Source: Octopus sinensis (lineage: Eukaryota). Taken from it: a DNA stretch of 64,000 nucleotides. This document shows, piece by piece, positions 52,381-64,000 of the stretch (within the stretch, counting starts at the first letter, position 1; every line of letters begins with the position of its first letter). The position numbers were made by a program, and so were the translations under genes. Location of the stretch: assembly GCF_006345805.1 (NCBI RefSeq), contig NW_021835984.1, positions 12,076 through 76,075 of the forward strand, given 5' to 3'. The notes beneath the pieces are model-generated. The model had not been told where the DNA came from and made no database searches. It was given only the letters and a program-made list of their open reading frames with translations.

Positions 52381-53032
52381 AATGCAAGTCATATATCTTA
52401 AATTAGTTCCAGAGGGAAGAGTAAATTTGCAGGAAAACATTAGAGAAAGGAGATCCCTTAATAGACAAAAATAAGAATGTAAGACTGCTTAAATAAATAA
52501 CTTAATAGCAGCAAGGAATCTTATTAAAAAGGTACTTTCAATGATTCGAAAACAAACTCAGACTCTCCCACGAAAATGAGAGGAAACTAAGGCAGCTGAA
52601 AATATAAAACGAACCCTAAGACCATCCACAAATTTGCAAATGTGTCTGTCTCGGAATTGTACAAGAAAGAGCTACTGGTTGAAGGAAATAGTTTATTGAG
52701 TACAGACCACAAAAGGATAAGTGAAATACTAAATAAACAACTCTAAGAGTTTTCCACTTCCCCGCTGAACGGTATGTAAATAAGTCTGGTGAATTCTTCA
52801 TCGCCACGGCTCCATACAGGAAGAGGCAACCATCGATTACAACGACATAGAGGAGGAGGACGTAATATTTTTTTTTAAATTTTGACACAAGCCCAGCAAT
52901 TACAGGGGGAAGGGAGTTAGTCCATTACGTCAACCCAGTGCTTGACTGGTATTTTATTCTGCCGACCCTCGAAGGGATGAATGGCAAAGTTGACCTCGGC
53001 GATATTCAAACTCAGAATGTAATAGACTATTA

Positions 53033-53415
53033 CTCTTTTACTCTTTTACTTGTTTCAGTCATTTGATTGTGGCCATGCTGGAGCACCGCCTTTAGTCGAG
53101 CAAATCGACACCAGGACTTATTCTTTGTAAGCCTAGCACTTATTCTATCGGTCCCTTTTGCCGAACCGCTAAGTTACGGGGACGTAAACACACCAGCATC
53201 GATTCTCAAGCGATGTTGGGGGGACAAACACAGACACTCAGACATCACATATAAATATATACATATATACGACGGGCTTCTTTCAGTTTCCGTCTACCAA
53301 ATCCACTTTGGTCGGCCCGAGGCTATAGTAGAAGGCATTTGCCCAAGATTCCACACAGTGGGACTGAACCCGGAACCATGTGGTTGGTAAGCAAGTTACT
53401 TACCACACAGCCACT
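53033..53415 (-). mobile_element. Near full-length family A SINE
   Basis: Reverse complement runs from the tail to the head (cttaccacacagccact). Confidence 0.9.
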
Positions 53416-54720
53416 GAGATAAACTTGAACTCAGCAACAGGCCCTGATAGTTTCCCTGCGATTATTTTTAAAGACAGGCCATAAAGATCTGGTAAAACCG
53501 CTGTAGATATTTTCCAGAGCTTCCTTACGAAATTAAAAGAAACTATAAGGTACCCTATCCAGAAAGGAGGGAGCAGTGAACATACTAAAAATTACAGACC
53601 TACCTTTCTGATCTCACACATGAGCACAGTCATGAAGCGCATTGTCAGAAGGAAGCTAATCATATTCCTGGAAGAAAACAGTTTCTTCACTGACACACAG
53701 TACGGCTCCTCCCATCAACGAAGGAGTTACCTTATACAGTTACTAGAGTATTATGTAGTAATAAAACAGTCATAATACTGGATACTAAACCAACATCTCG
53801 ACCATTTAAATTCGATGTGATGTATCACCGCATTGCAAAAAGCCTCGATAAAGTTCTCATCGTAAAGTCAATACCATCATGACCGATATCCAATCTACAG
53901 TGGAGAAGGCTTGCCACTGGATTTCGTTAAAAAGAGACGATGAGCGATGGCTAGAAGGATATTGAAATTTATTTGATAACCAGCAGATCTAGCAAGCGGG
54001 GCATCATATCAGTGAGAGGGGCCGGTGCGCATTGATGCCGTTGAGAAGTAGGCCCCGAAACGGCGCGCATTCTCTCCTAATGACCCCATACACTTGCTGG
54101 TTTACGGTATGCGGAGTTCTCGACTGGTAGCACTTGCATGTGCAAGTTGTTTGCAAGACATCCAAAACTGCGTAATCGCAGTATAGTTGGAAAAGCTAAA
54201 GAAGGAGCGGCACGATGTTTTGAAAGAAATGAGTCAGGCAGCTGCAGACATTGGTGCAACTGCCCAACATCAATTCTAAGCGGGGTCTTTCAGATAACTG
54301 TGCAGAGTCAACAACTATTTGTGGTGGCTCTCTCAAATATACCCTCAAGTCATACACTCAGCCATTCTCGCTGGCTATGCTGGCAACACAAAGGTATCAC
54401 AAGCAGTTAAGGGTCTCGGTAAATGCAAAACTACAGACAGACCTGAGCACAGTATGCAGGTGAGCTGAAGAAAGCAAAATGCTGTTCAATGTGCAGGTGT
54501 CCAAGTGCTGCACTATCAATACGCGAACAGATCGCAGTTAGAATACACCGCAGCAAGGGTATTGCAAACTCAGATTCACAATTAGTGCAAGATTGTGGTT
54601 TTTGTTACACACACACACACACACACACAGAAAGCAAAAGACGAAAGCAGGTGAGGAAGCAGCATCAACTAGGTGTATTAGTTTGATGCACGGGAAGAAT
54701 GAAAAAGCCTTTGACGTTTC

Positions 54721-54769
<49 letters not shown>

Positions 54770-55050
54770 ATATTAGAAGAAATGAGGTACTCAGAAATTC
54801 GGATGGTTTTATATTTACAGATATTTATTTGTATATTACATTTTTTTATACATCATATAACTTAGATCATGTATTAGCGCTTTCTCCCATTCTAGTGGGG
54901 CTTTCAAATCAAACTAAGTTCCTGTGTGAAAAATTTTGACCATTTTATAGTGTTATTGAGGGTGTAGTGGTGGGGAGGGACATAAGACAGTACAAGAGGG
55001 GAATGAATGGGGAGAAAGTGAGAGAGAGAGAGAGAGAGAGAGAGAGCATA

Positions 55051-55087
<37 letters not shown>

Positions 55088-55361
55088 TTTTGTATTTGGG
55101 GGAAGTGTTAAAGAAAAAGAGGGGAAGGAAGAAAAGGGAGAGAGGGAAGAAGAAAAATTGTTTTGCTGGTATCTATTGTGAAGTTGATAGATGTTAGTCA
55201 GGATGTTTACTCCAAAGGGGGGGGGTCTAAGATCTTGGGGAAAAGAATTTAAGTTTTGACCATTTTATAGTGTTATTGAGTGTGTAGTGTTGGGGAGGGA
55301 TATAAGATAGTACAAGAGGGTGATGAATGGGGAAAAAGTGAGAGAGAGCATATGTGTGTGC

Positions 55362-55398
<37 letters not shown>

Positions 55399-55444
55399 GT
55401 ATCTGGAATTTTATCAGTGGCCAGCTGATAAATGTATTTTACCT

Positions 55445-55672
55445 ATTTCTTTACTACCCACAAGGGACTAAACACAGAGAAGACAAACAAAGACAGACAA
55501 ACGGATTAAGTCGATTATATCGACCCCAGTGCGTAACTGGTACTTATTTAATCGACCCCGAAAGGATGAAAGGCAAAGTCGACCTCGGCGGAATTTGAAC
55601 TCAGAACGTAACGGCTGACGAAATACGGCTACGCATTTCGCCCGGCGTGCTAACGGTTCTGCCAGCTTGCTG
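55445..55672 (-). mobile_element. Family D SINE monomer
   Basis: One head plus one 184-bp unit, matching 34467-35061. Confidence 0.88.
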
Positions 55673-55824
55673 CCCTGAGGTAAAATACATATACAGAGAT
55701 ATATAATTGTATCGGGTAGAATTATGCTTAAGAGTACAGAAGCTATGGCGCCTATGCTGAAGGAAGAAGACACCGAATTCGTCCGACCACGTAAAAAAAT
55801 GTTTACTCCACGTATTCTTTTTCT

Positions 55825-56185
55825 TTTTTTCTTTTACTTGTTTCAGTCAGTTTTACTGCGGCCATGCTGGAGCACCGCCTTTTAGTCGAGCAAATCGACT
55901 CCAGGACTTATTCTTTGTAAGCCTAGTACTTATTCTATCTGTCTCTTTTGCCGAACCGCTAAGTTACGGGGACGTAAACACACCACATATACACACACAC
56001 ACATACATATATATGTATATACATATATGCGACGGGCTTCTTTCAGTTTCCATCAACCAAATCCACTCACAAGGCTGTGGTCGGCCCGAGGCTATAGCAA
56101 AAGACACTTGCCCAAGGTGCCACGCAGCGGGACTGAACCCGGAACCATGTGATTGGTAAGCAAGCTACTTACCACACAGCCACTC
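55825..56185 (-). mobile_element. Near full-length family A SINE
   Basis: Reverse complement runs from the tail to the head. Confidence 0.9.
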
Positions 56186-56388
56186 GTGCGCAAGTTGATC
56201 AATTTCTGGATTGGTTATCAAGCTAATCCAGAAATTGATCAGTCCGAAACTAGCTGAATTATTTTATGAACTTTTAGCCAGTCACCCGCTTTGTGTATAC
56301 GTGAAGGGAACATTTTAAGTGGTGGGGCTAATTCGTCGCCTTCTTTCAGCATATATACCCTTAAGTATAATTGTACCCTATACAATTA

Positions 56389-56420
<32 letters not shown>

Positions 56421-56429
<9 letters not shown>

Positions 56430-57071
56430 AAATGAAGAAAATGCTGACAAATAATTGAAGTAATTAAGTAATTTAATTAGGTGAAAGTTCTTTTTACCGG
56501 TTGCGCATTTGTTATGCTATCAAAATATAAAAGAGAGATTAGAGTCTGTCTCTTATATGTGAAAAAAAGAGGCTCCAGAGTTGTTTTGGATTTGCTTGGT
56601 TTCGCGCCCTAAAATTTTGATTGGTCATTATGAAGGGGTCACGTGAATGTTTGAATGGAAGTTGGTGTGGGGTAAGAAAAAAGGCTCCAGAGAAGTTAAA
56701 ATTTGGCTAGTGTCCCGCCTAAAAATTCTTATTGGCCATAATAAAGAGGTCACGTGAATGTTTAGAATTTTCGAAAGTAGTGTTGTTGAAAATTCTTATT
56801 GTTCAGGCTGGTCAGTAGACGTCATGTGGATATTTTAAATAGCTTTTTAGCGCGTAGTTAGGGAGTGTATTTTCCGCTTGACTGGATAAGTAAGTTCGTT
56901 TAGAACAGGGAGAGCTGTATGTATGTATGTGTGTGCGCGCGCGCGGTGTGTGTTTATATGTATGTTGGGGCGCGCGCGCGTGTATGTATATATGTGTGTG
57001 TGTGGGTACAATTTTCAATATTTATGTTTCTGCTGGCCTGTGCCTGTATCGGAAGCAACGTATTTGTGTGA
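56421..57071 (+). repeat. Left inverted-repeat arm (3' end of the element)
   Basis: Reverse complement of 60620-61268, differing mainly by 1-bp indels. Confidence 0.95.
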
Positions 57072-57239
57072 AGTCAATATTTACAGCCATTTCCAAAAAT
57101 AGTGTTGGATGTTTTGCACCCGTATTCAATTATGGTATGTGTGGAACCATATTTGTGTGTGTCATGGTGTTAATATCTGGGTAAAGGTGTGTGTAGGGTG
57201 TGTGCAGGTGTGTAAGTGTGTTTGTTGTGGGTTCGTGTT

Positions 57240-60200
57240 AGGGGCATGTGTTTAGAAGTGGTCTGTATTATTAATAAGGTGGGATTCCATGGTTATTCGC
57301 TGGGTATGAGTGGCATTGTCTTTAAATTTGTAGAGGGGAAAGATTCTAAAATTGGGATGGAGTTGTGCGGCACAGGTATCAATATGTGCACTAAATGCTA
57401 TTTTTCTATATTCCTGTATTTTTATTTGGGATCTGTGGACAGTCATGCGTTGGCGGAGGCTATTTTTTGTTTGGCCTATGTAGTGTTCATTACAGCCCGA
57501 GCAAGTTAAGACATATACTAGGTTTTCTGATGCGCATGTGAAGTTGTGTTTTACTGTGAAACGTTGTCCTTGTTTAAAAAGGAATTCCGGACACCTATTA
57601 GGTTGATGCATATACCACAGTTGGGTCTATTGCATTTGTTTACTGTGGGTTTAGTTGTTGTGGTTGGCAGTACTTTGGCATTTGTTAGGATGTTTTCAAT
57701 GATTTGGGTGCCTTTTGCTCTTTATGATTTCGTGTGTTAGGAGGATTTGGTTCATTCTATGGTCCTTTTGTAATACAGGAATGTTCTGGAGGATGGTGTC
57801 AAAAGCTTCATTGTTGAGGGGTTGTGTGTAGAGATGTATGGTAGAGTATGGGGTTTCGATGTAACAGGTTTAGGGCGTCTAAGTTCCTGCGTGCTGAGTT
57901 TTAGGGCGCGTTGGATCCCATTGTCAATTAGTGACGTGGGGTAATCCCTGCTTGTTAATGTGCCCTTGAGTTCTTGTAGACGTAAGAGACGGGTGTTTTT
58001 ATGGGAGACTATAGTGCAAATTCTCTTGGCTAAGTTGTAGGGAATGTTAATTTTACGTGTCTAGGGTGGCATGAATTGAAAGGGAGGTATTGCTTGGAGT
58101 CTGTGGGCTTGTAGTATATGTCTGTTTCTATTTTTTTGTTGTGAATTTTAATGAGGATGTCGAGGAAGGGAATTTGTTGAGGGCTGTATTCCATTGTGAA
58201 AATAATGTTTGTGTTGAGCCCATTTATAAGAGTGTGAAATTCGTTAAGCTTCTCGACGGTTTCGGGCCAAAGGATGAAGCAGTCATCAAGATATCTCTTC
58301 CAGTTCTTCTCTGTGGTGTGGAGAGTGGTGCCAAATTGGTTAAGAACGTTATTATAGAGGGTGATTTCCAGGTATCCCATGACTAAGTGGCGTTAAGTGG
58401 GAGCTGTTTTCGTCCCATTGCCGTCCCTGATTTCTGTCTGTAGAAAATTGTTGTTGAAGGTGAAGAAATTATTCTCTAAGATGAATTTGGTCCTTCTAAA
58501 ATAAATTCCTTTTTGATGCGGTGTGGGAGTTCGTTGGAGTAATTATCCAGCCAGAATTGGATAGCTTCTATTCCTAGGTTGTGGGGGATGTTGGAGTAAA
58601 GATTGACTACATCGAATGTTACTAGCAGGGTTTGTTCAGCAAGAAGTGTATTGGGGAGGTGGTTGAGCATATCTAGATCGTCCCTTATGTAGCTTTTAAT
58701 GTGTTTGAGGAACGGCTTGAGAGGGTATCAATGAAGTTGCTAAGGCGGTGGGTTTCGCAAGCGGGACCTGCTATTATAGGTCTCAATTTGAGGTCATTTG
58801 GTGAGGGGACATTGATTACAGAGTTTGTGGCTTCCTTGCATGCCTACTTATTAATTCGCTTTTATGAATTTTGGGAATACCGTAGAAGAGGCTGGTTTTA
58901 CTAGTGAAATTTGTGATGAAGTTGAATTCTTTGTTAGTGAGTTCTCTTTGTGGGGGGTTGATCAGGGTTTTTAAGTTTTCATAATTTTCTGTTGATTGTA
59001 GTGTTCAGCCTTTTCGTAATATGTTCCATTTTCCAAGGTGGGAGTGCTAAGTTGATATAGTATTCTGTCTCCATTAAGACTACTGCACTTCCTTTATCGG
59101 CCTCTTTAATGGTGATAGATCTTTCATTTTTTAATTTGTTTAATTCTTTCCCTCTTCTTGTTGAGGTTTGGTTTGGGTTTTGGTTTGTGTAAGTGTTGGT
59201 AGGGGAAGTTTGTAATGTGCTCACAGAATTCGTCTAGGATTTTATTTCTACCTTTTCGTGGGGTGTAGTTGCTTTTATTTCTAGCTAGTGACTCATCCTC
59301 ATTGTGCTGGTCGAATAGTTCCTCACTAAGTCGCAATTTTCTACAAAATTCTGTAATGTCTTCCTTCATTTCGTAGTAGTTTGGACGTGGGGGGTTGGTG
59401 TGAATTTCAGACCTTTGGAGAGTAAGTGAGAAGGTTGGGGTTGGGTTCTGTATTGGTTAAATTGATGACTTTAATTAGTTTATGTTGTCTTCCCTGTCCT
59501 GTGTTATTTTGTTGCCTGTATCTGTGTGCTGTGTCTAAAAAATGGTTGGGGGTTAGAGGGGTTGTCTGTTGGTGTTAGGAGTCCTGTGTGTTTGTTATAT
59601 TCCTTGTTGTGAAATATGGTTCGGGTTCGTGGTTGTGGATAGAATGGGGGTGGTTCCTGTATTGCGGGTGTTGGTGTGTGTTTCTTTGTGTTGTGATGGA
59701 TTGTGGTGATATGAGTGGCCTGCGTGGGTGCTTGTATCGAGTGGTATGGGTTTGTTGTGTATTGTGAGAGTTGAGAAAGTGAAAATTACCTTGTTGTCCC
59801 CTCGTGGTGTGGATGTTGTTGTGTCTATCCTGGTAGTGGATCCTCTTATATTTGTTAATAAGGTATTCGAGTAGTTGTGGAGTTGTTGTGTATAGCGTCT
59901 CCTTGAAGAGGGAAATTCGTTAATGTAATTCTGGTGGTGAGAGTTTCCAGGGTTCTTGTTCCTCCTTATGGACGTGGGGTAAGAAGGTACATCTTCAATA
60001 TGCTGTTTCCTTCTTTGTTCAAGGTTGGAAGGTTGGCGGAGTAGTTGTGTGGTTGGGTTCCTGGTTTTCCCATTTTTATGAACGGGTTATTGGAAGAGTA
60101 TCCGTTTTGAAAGTCGATTCATAGTTTAGGAACCAGGCGGCACTTTTTTCCAACGTTGTAGGGATTTTAGTTCCTCTTTGTTGCAGTCATCTTTCCATAA

Positions 60201-60620
60201 CTTGGAGATCTTCTCTATGTGTAGGCTTTCGGCCTTGTTATTTATTACGAGGAGGATCTCTTCATCGATTGTTTTGACTCTTTCCTCATTTGTTTGGGCC
60301 CTTAATTTGAGAAGTTCAATCTCTGTTTTCAGTCTCTCTAATGCCATTCTTCCCTAAGTCGTCTTTGAGGTTCAGGTTCATTGGGAATGGCTTTTAATTG
60401 TATTTTGCGGGGAAGAGTTAGAGGAGTAAGAGTTCATCCATTTTTCGTATATCTCGGCCTTGTTGTTGTTTCTAATCATTTTCCAGAAGGAGAACTTTCT
60501 GTCTCTGAGGGATTTGTTCCATTCTGGGATTATATGATTTTCAGTTTGTATGAATCAATTTGACATGGTTCTTCTTTGTTTTTGGCTGGGTTGGGGTGGT
60601 GAAAAAGGTGTGGATCGTAT
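57240..60620 (-). CDS. Frameshifted Penelope-like polyprotein: N-terminal helical domain, RT, Cys linker, GIY-YIG endonuclease
   Basis: ITIKEADKGSAVVLM, LVTFDVVNLYSNIP, WKRYLDDCFILW, IPFLDILI, YYKPTDSKQYLPFNSCHP, CNRPNCGIC linker, LVYVLTCSGCNEHYIGQT...LRQRMTVH...ESHLIN. Confidence 0.85.
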
Positions 60621-61268
60621 CACACAAATACGTTGCTTCCCGATACAGGCACAGGCCAGCAGAACTATAAATATTGAAAATTGTACCCACACAACCACAC
60701 ATATATACACGCGCGCGCGCCCAACATACATATAAACACACACGCGCGCGGCGCGCACACACATACATACATACAGCTTCTCCTGTTCTAAACGAACTTA
60801 CTTATCCAGTCAAGCGGAAAATACACTCCCTAACTACGCGCTAAAAAGCTATTTAAAATATCCACATGACGTCTACTGACCAGCCTGAACAATAAGAATT
60901 TTCAACAAACACTACTTTCGAAAATTCTAAACATTCACGTGACCTCTTTATTATGGCCAATAAGAAATTTTAGGCGGGACACTAGCCAATTTAACTTCTC
61001 TGGAGCCTTTTTTCTTACCCCAACACCAACTTCCATTCAAACATTCACGTGACCCCTTCATAATGACCAATCAAATTAGGCGCGAAACCAAGCAAATCCA
61101 AAACAACTCTGGAGCCTCTTTTTTTCACTATAAGAGACAGACTCTAATCTCTCTTTTATATTTTGATAAGCATAACAAATGCGCAACCGGTAAAAAGAAC
61201 TTTCACCTAATTAAATTACTTAAATTACTTCAATTATTTGTCAGCATTTTCTTCTTTCCTTTTTTATA
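60620..61268 (-). repeat. Right inverted-repeat arm, joined to the 5' end of the ORF
   Basis: Reverse complement of 56421-57071. Confidence 0.95.
60915..61125 (-). promoter_or_regulatory. Duplicated promoter-like module (E2F-like site, CCAAT, E-box, CHR-like) in the inverted repeat upstream of the ORF; mirror copy at ~56563-56770
   Basis: Two ~105-110-bp subrepeats, each with ggctccagag, tttcgcgcc or gtcccgcc, attgg, ggtcacgtga and tgttt(a)gaa. Function is inferred only. Confidence 0.35.
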
Positions 61269-61414
61269 ATCACCACTCGTGTTCGACATCTCCTTTTTTT
61301 TAAATATATATATATATAATATATTATACATATATAATATATATATAACCTCGTGAGTACACCGGCGATTTTATTTCCTCTGTCTTCCCTTCTCGGGATC
61401 TTTCCTTCTCCTAT

Positions 61415-61449
61415 GTTTCCGACGAAGAGCTCCGCTCGAAACGTTAAAC
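61415..61449 (+). ncRNA. Minimal hammerhead motif (U4C core) in a short repeat (~61340-61550)
   Basis: GTTT-CCGACGA-A-GAGC-tcc-GCTC-GAA-ACGT-T-AAAC. All stems pair and stem III is palindromic. Confidence 0.65.
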
Positions 61450-61545
61450 CCTCCTTCTTCCCTTCTTTCCTGAGCGTCCAATAATACTATATTTGTTCCA
61501 CGTCCTCGCGTTGTTGAGTTTTTTTTTTGTTTTCTTGTTTGGATT

Positions 61546-61576
<31 letters not shown>

Positions 61577-61912
61577 ACAATAATGGTTTAGCAACAAGTT
61601 GCTTGACCACCGAAGACTGTTTAACTTCATTATTTTTCTTCTTTTTTTGCCATATGTGAGTTACAAATATTGTTGTCTGTGGAGACATATTTTTGTAGAA
61701 AAAGGAAATAGTAGTCCTTTGGCTGCTATTTCTAAAACAAATTTTCGGTATGTGGTCAAACAACTTGTTGCTAAACCCTTATTGTTATATTTATATATAA
61801 AAAAACTTTTTGTATAAATTTTTACCGAATATGGTCCTTTTCCATACCGAAATACTACTTTGTGAACTTTGTTGATTTTATTAAATTAATTATCTTTCAC
61901 CCTATATCTGTA

Positions 61913-61954
<42 letters not shown>

Positions 61955-61972
61955 ACACATACAACACCACAC

Positions 61973-62053
<81 letters not shown>

Positions 62054-62241
62054 TATATAACATATATATATATACATACATACACACACACATTTATTAT
62101 ATTATTTTATATTACATTATATTATATTATTCTATATTATACTATATTATGTCATATATACATATATATACAGACAGCAACGTGAGCTATTTTCCGTCAA
62201 CAAAGACACATACGCTCACACATACATATATAAATAAATAC

Positions 62242-62273
<32 letters not shown>

Positions 62274-62419
62274 ATATATATATTACTTGACGCAGAGAAA
62301 CCCGGAGGCAATGTGTAACGGCTGGACAAACAGGATGCATAACATGTGACTAAAATGCACGTTTCGCTACACGTTCACACATGTACGAAAATAATGTAGC
62401 AGATGACACAAACACAACT

Positions 62420-62661
62420 GCAAGCACTTACACATGCACACACACATACACACACACACACCACACACACACACACACACACAGCGCAGCACATGCATAG
62501 ATTCTGCGCACTTGCACTGACAACCACCCTTACACGCACCCACACACTCAAACGCACGCTCACACACAAACAATATATATGTGTGTGTGTGTATGTTTGC
62601 TCTAGTACATCTGTATGTTCATATGTGTGTGTGTGTGTGTGCCTGCGTATATGTGTGAGTG

Positions 62662-62693
<32 letters not shown>

Positions 62694-62960
62694 CCTGCGT
62701 ATATGTGTGAGTGTGTGTGTGCCTGCGTATATGTGTGAGTGTGTGTGTGTGTGCCTGCGTATATGTGTGAGTGTGTGTGTGTGTGAGTGTGTGTGTGTGT
62801 GTGAGTGTGTGTGTGAGTGTGAGGGTGTGTGTGTGCCTGCGTATATGTGTGAGTGTGTGTGTTGTGTGTGGAGTGTGTGTGTGTGTGTGTGCGTGTGTGT
62901 GTTGTGTTGGTGTGGTGTGTTGTGGTGTGTGAGTGTGAGTGTGTGTGTGTGTGTGTTTGC
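62420..62960. repeat. Compound (CA)n/(TG)n repeat with recurring gcctgcgtatat units
   Basis: Direct observation. Confidence 0.9.
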
Positions 62961-63344
62961 GTGTTTGTATATAGCAAAAGTTGTTAGAAGAATTGCGCGT
63001 CCATAAGTCACCCTCAAACTTGTTGCTGGTACAATTATTATGTTTGCATAAAAGAATTTGTGCATTAGACCTTGAGCCCAACCCTAACATTTCTGTATCG
63101 GTACCACATGGGGTGAATAATTCTTATAGTAATTTTTGACTTGCTATATGTCCCTAGTTACTATTTATTTATGATACACTTGTCAGAAAGTTAGTTTAGT
63201 AATAGTTATCACTTCATAAATAGACATACCCTCCATAAGAAACCGCAAACAAAAATTTCACAAACATCTTTTTATTTTGATTATTGCAAGACCAAAGAAA
63301 TGACCCACAGATCAGAATTTAATCAATGTGTGTTTATACTAGAA

Positions 63345-64000
63345 CGGCGAACTGGCAGAATCGTTAGCACGCCGGGCGAAATGCTTAGCGGTATTTCGTC
63401 TGTCGTTACGTTGTGAGTTCCGCCGAGATCGACTTCAGCTTTCATCCTTTCGGGGTCGATAAATTAAGTACCAGTTACGCGCTGGGGTCGATATAATCGA
63501 CTTAATCCCTTTGTCTGTCCTTGTTTGTCCTCTCTGTGTTTAGACCCTTGTGGGTAGTAAAGAAATAGGTATTTCGGCTGCCGTTACGTTCTGAGTTCAA
63601 ATTCCGCCGAGGTCGACTTCGCCTTTCATCCTTTCGGGGTCGATAAATTAAGTACCAGTTACGCACTGGGGTCGATATGATCGACTTAATCCCTTTGTCT
63701 GTCCTTGTTTGTCCTCTCTGTGTTTAGACCCTTGTGGGTAGTAAAGAAATAGGTATTTCGGCTGCCGTCACGTTCTGAGTTCAAATTCCGCCGAGGTCGA
63801 CTTCGCCTTTCATCCTTTCGGGGTCGATAAATTAAGTACCAGTTACGCACTGGGGTCGATATGATCGACTTAATCCCTTTGTCTGTCCTTGTTTGTCCTC
63901 TCTGTGTTTAGACCCTTGTGGGTAGTAAAGAAATAGGTATTTTGTCTGCCGTCACGTTCTGAGTTCAAATTCCGCCGAAGTCGACTTCGCCTTTCAATCT
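63345..64000 (+). mobile_element. Family D SINE with at least 3.4 tandem 184-bp units, running off the window
   Basis: One head, then units with ataggtattt recurring at ~63566, ~63750 and ~63934. Confidence 0.9.

Larger units (their letters stand above)
51540..54530 (+). mobile_element. Heavily degraded CR1/L2-type LINE ORF2 (APE, linker, RT), interrupted by a MITE and SINEs
   Basis: PTRSNLILELCITNN (APE, ~51690); AAENIK.NPK...ISEILNKQ (~52600-52740); GPD...KGGS...NYRP...RRKLIIFLEEN...QYG (~53440-53700); SGVFQ.TV...LFVVALS, YAGNTKVSQ and LQTDL (~54280-54500). Confidence 0.75.
56421..61268 (-). mobile_element. Penelope-like retroelement (Neptune-type) bounded by ~650-bp inverted repeats
   Basis: RT and GIY-YIG motifs on the minus strand between inverted arms 56421-57071 and 60620-61268; TA-rich sequence at both outer ends. 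Confidence 0.9.

Overview
AT-rich animal DNA made almost entirely of repeats; the SINE families look like ones I recall from octopus genomes (pattern recognition, not a database result). I cannot support any host protein-coding gene. Most ORFs in the track are microsatellite translations. Real coding sequence comes only from transposable elements: a 4.85-kb Penelope-like element (RT plus GIY-YIG, Neptune-type) between ~650-bp inverted repeats (56.4-61.3 kb), an ORF1-only L1/Tx1-like element, two CR1/L2-type LINE remnants, four R4-type endonuclease fragments, Tc1 and mariner remnants, and a second GIY-YIG fragment. Other content: non-autonomous Helitrons, several MITE types, at least four tRNA-type SINE families, a ~4.1-4.4-kb tandem duplication at the start, and an ~8-kb (CAC/CAT)n array. 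The most notable signal is five minimal hammerhead-ribozyme folds with palindromic stem III, one with a compensatory U3-A8 core, some inside foldback structures, in the same window as a Penelope-like RT that may be young. Many 1-bp indels between near-identical copies suggest imperfectly polished long-read sequence, so some frameshifts may be artefacts. Coordinates of degraded fragments are approximate.
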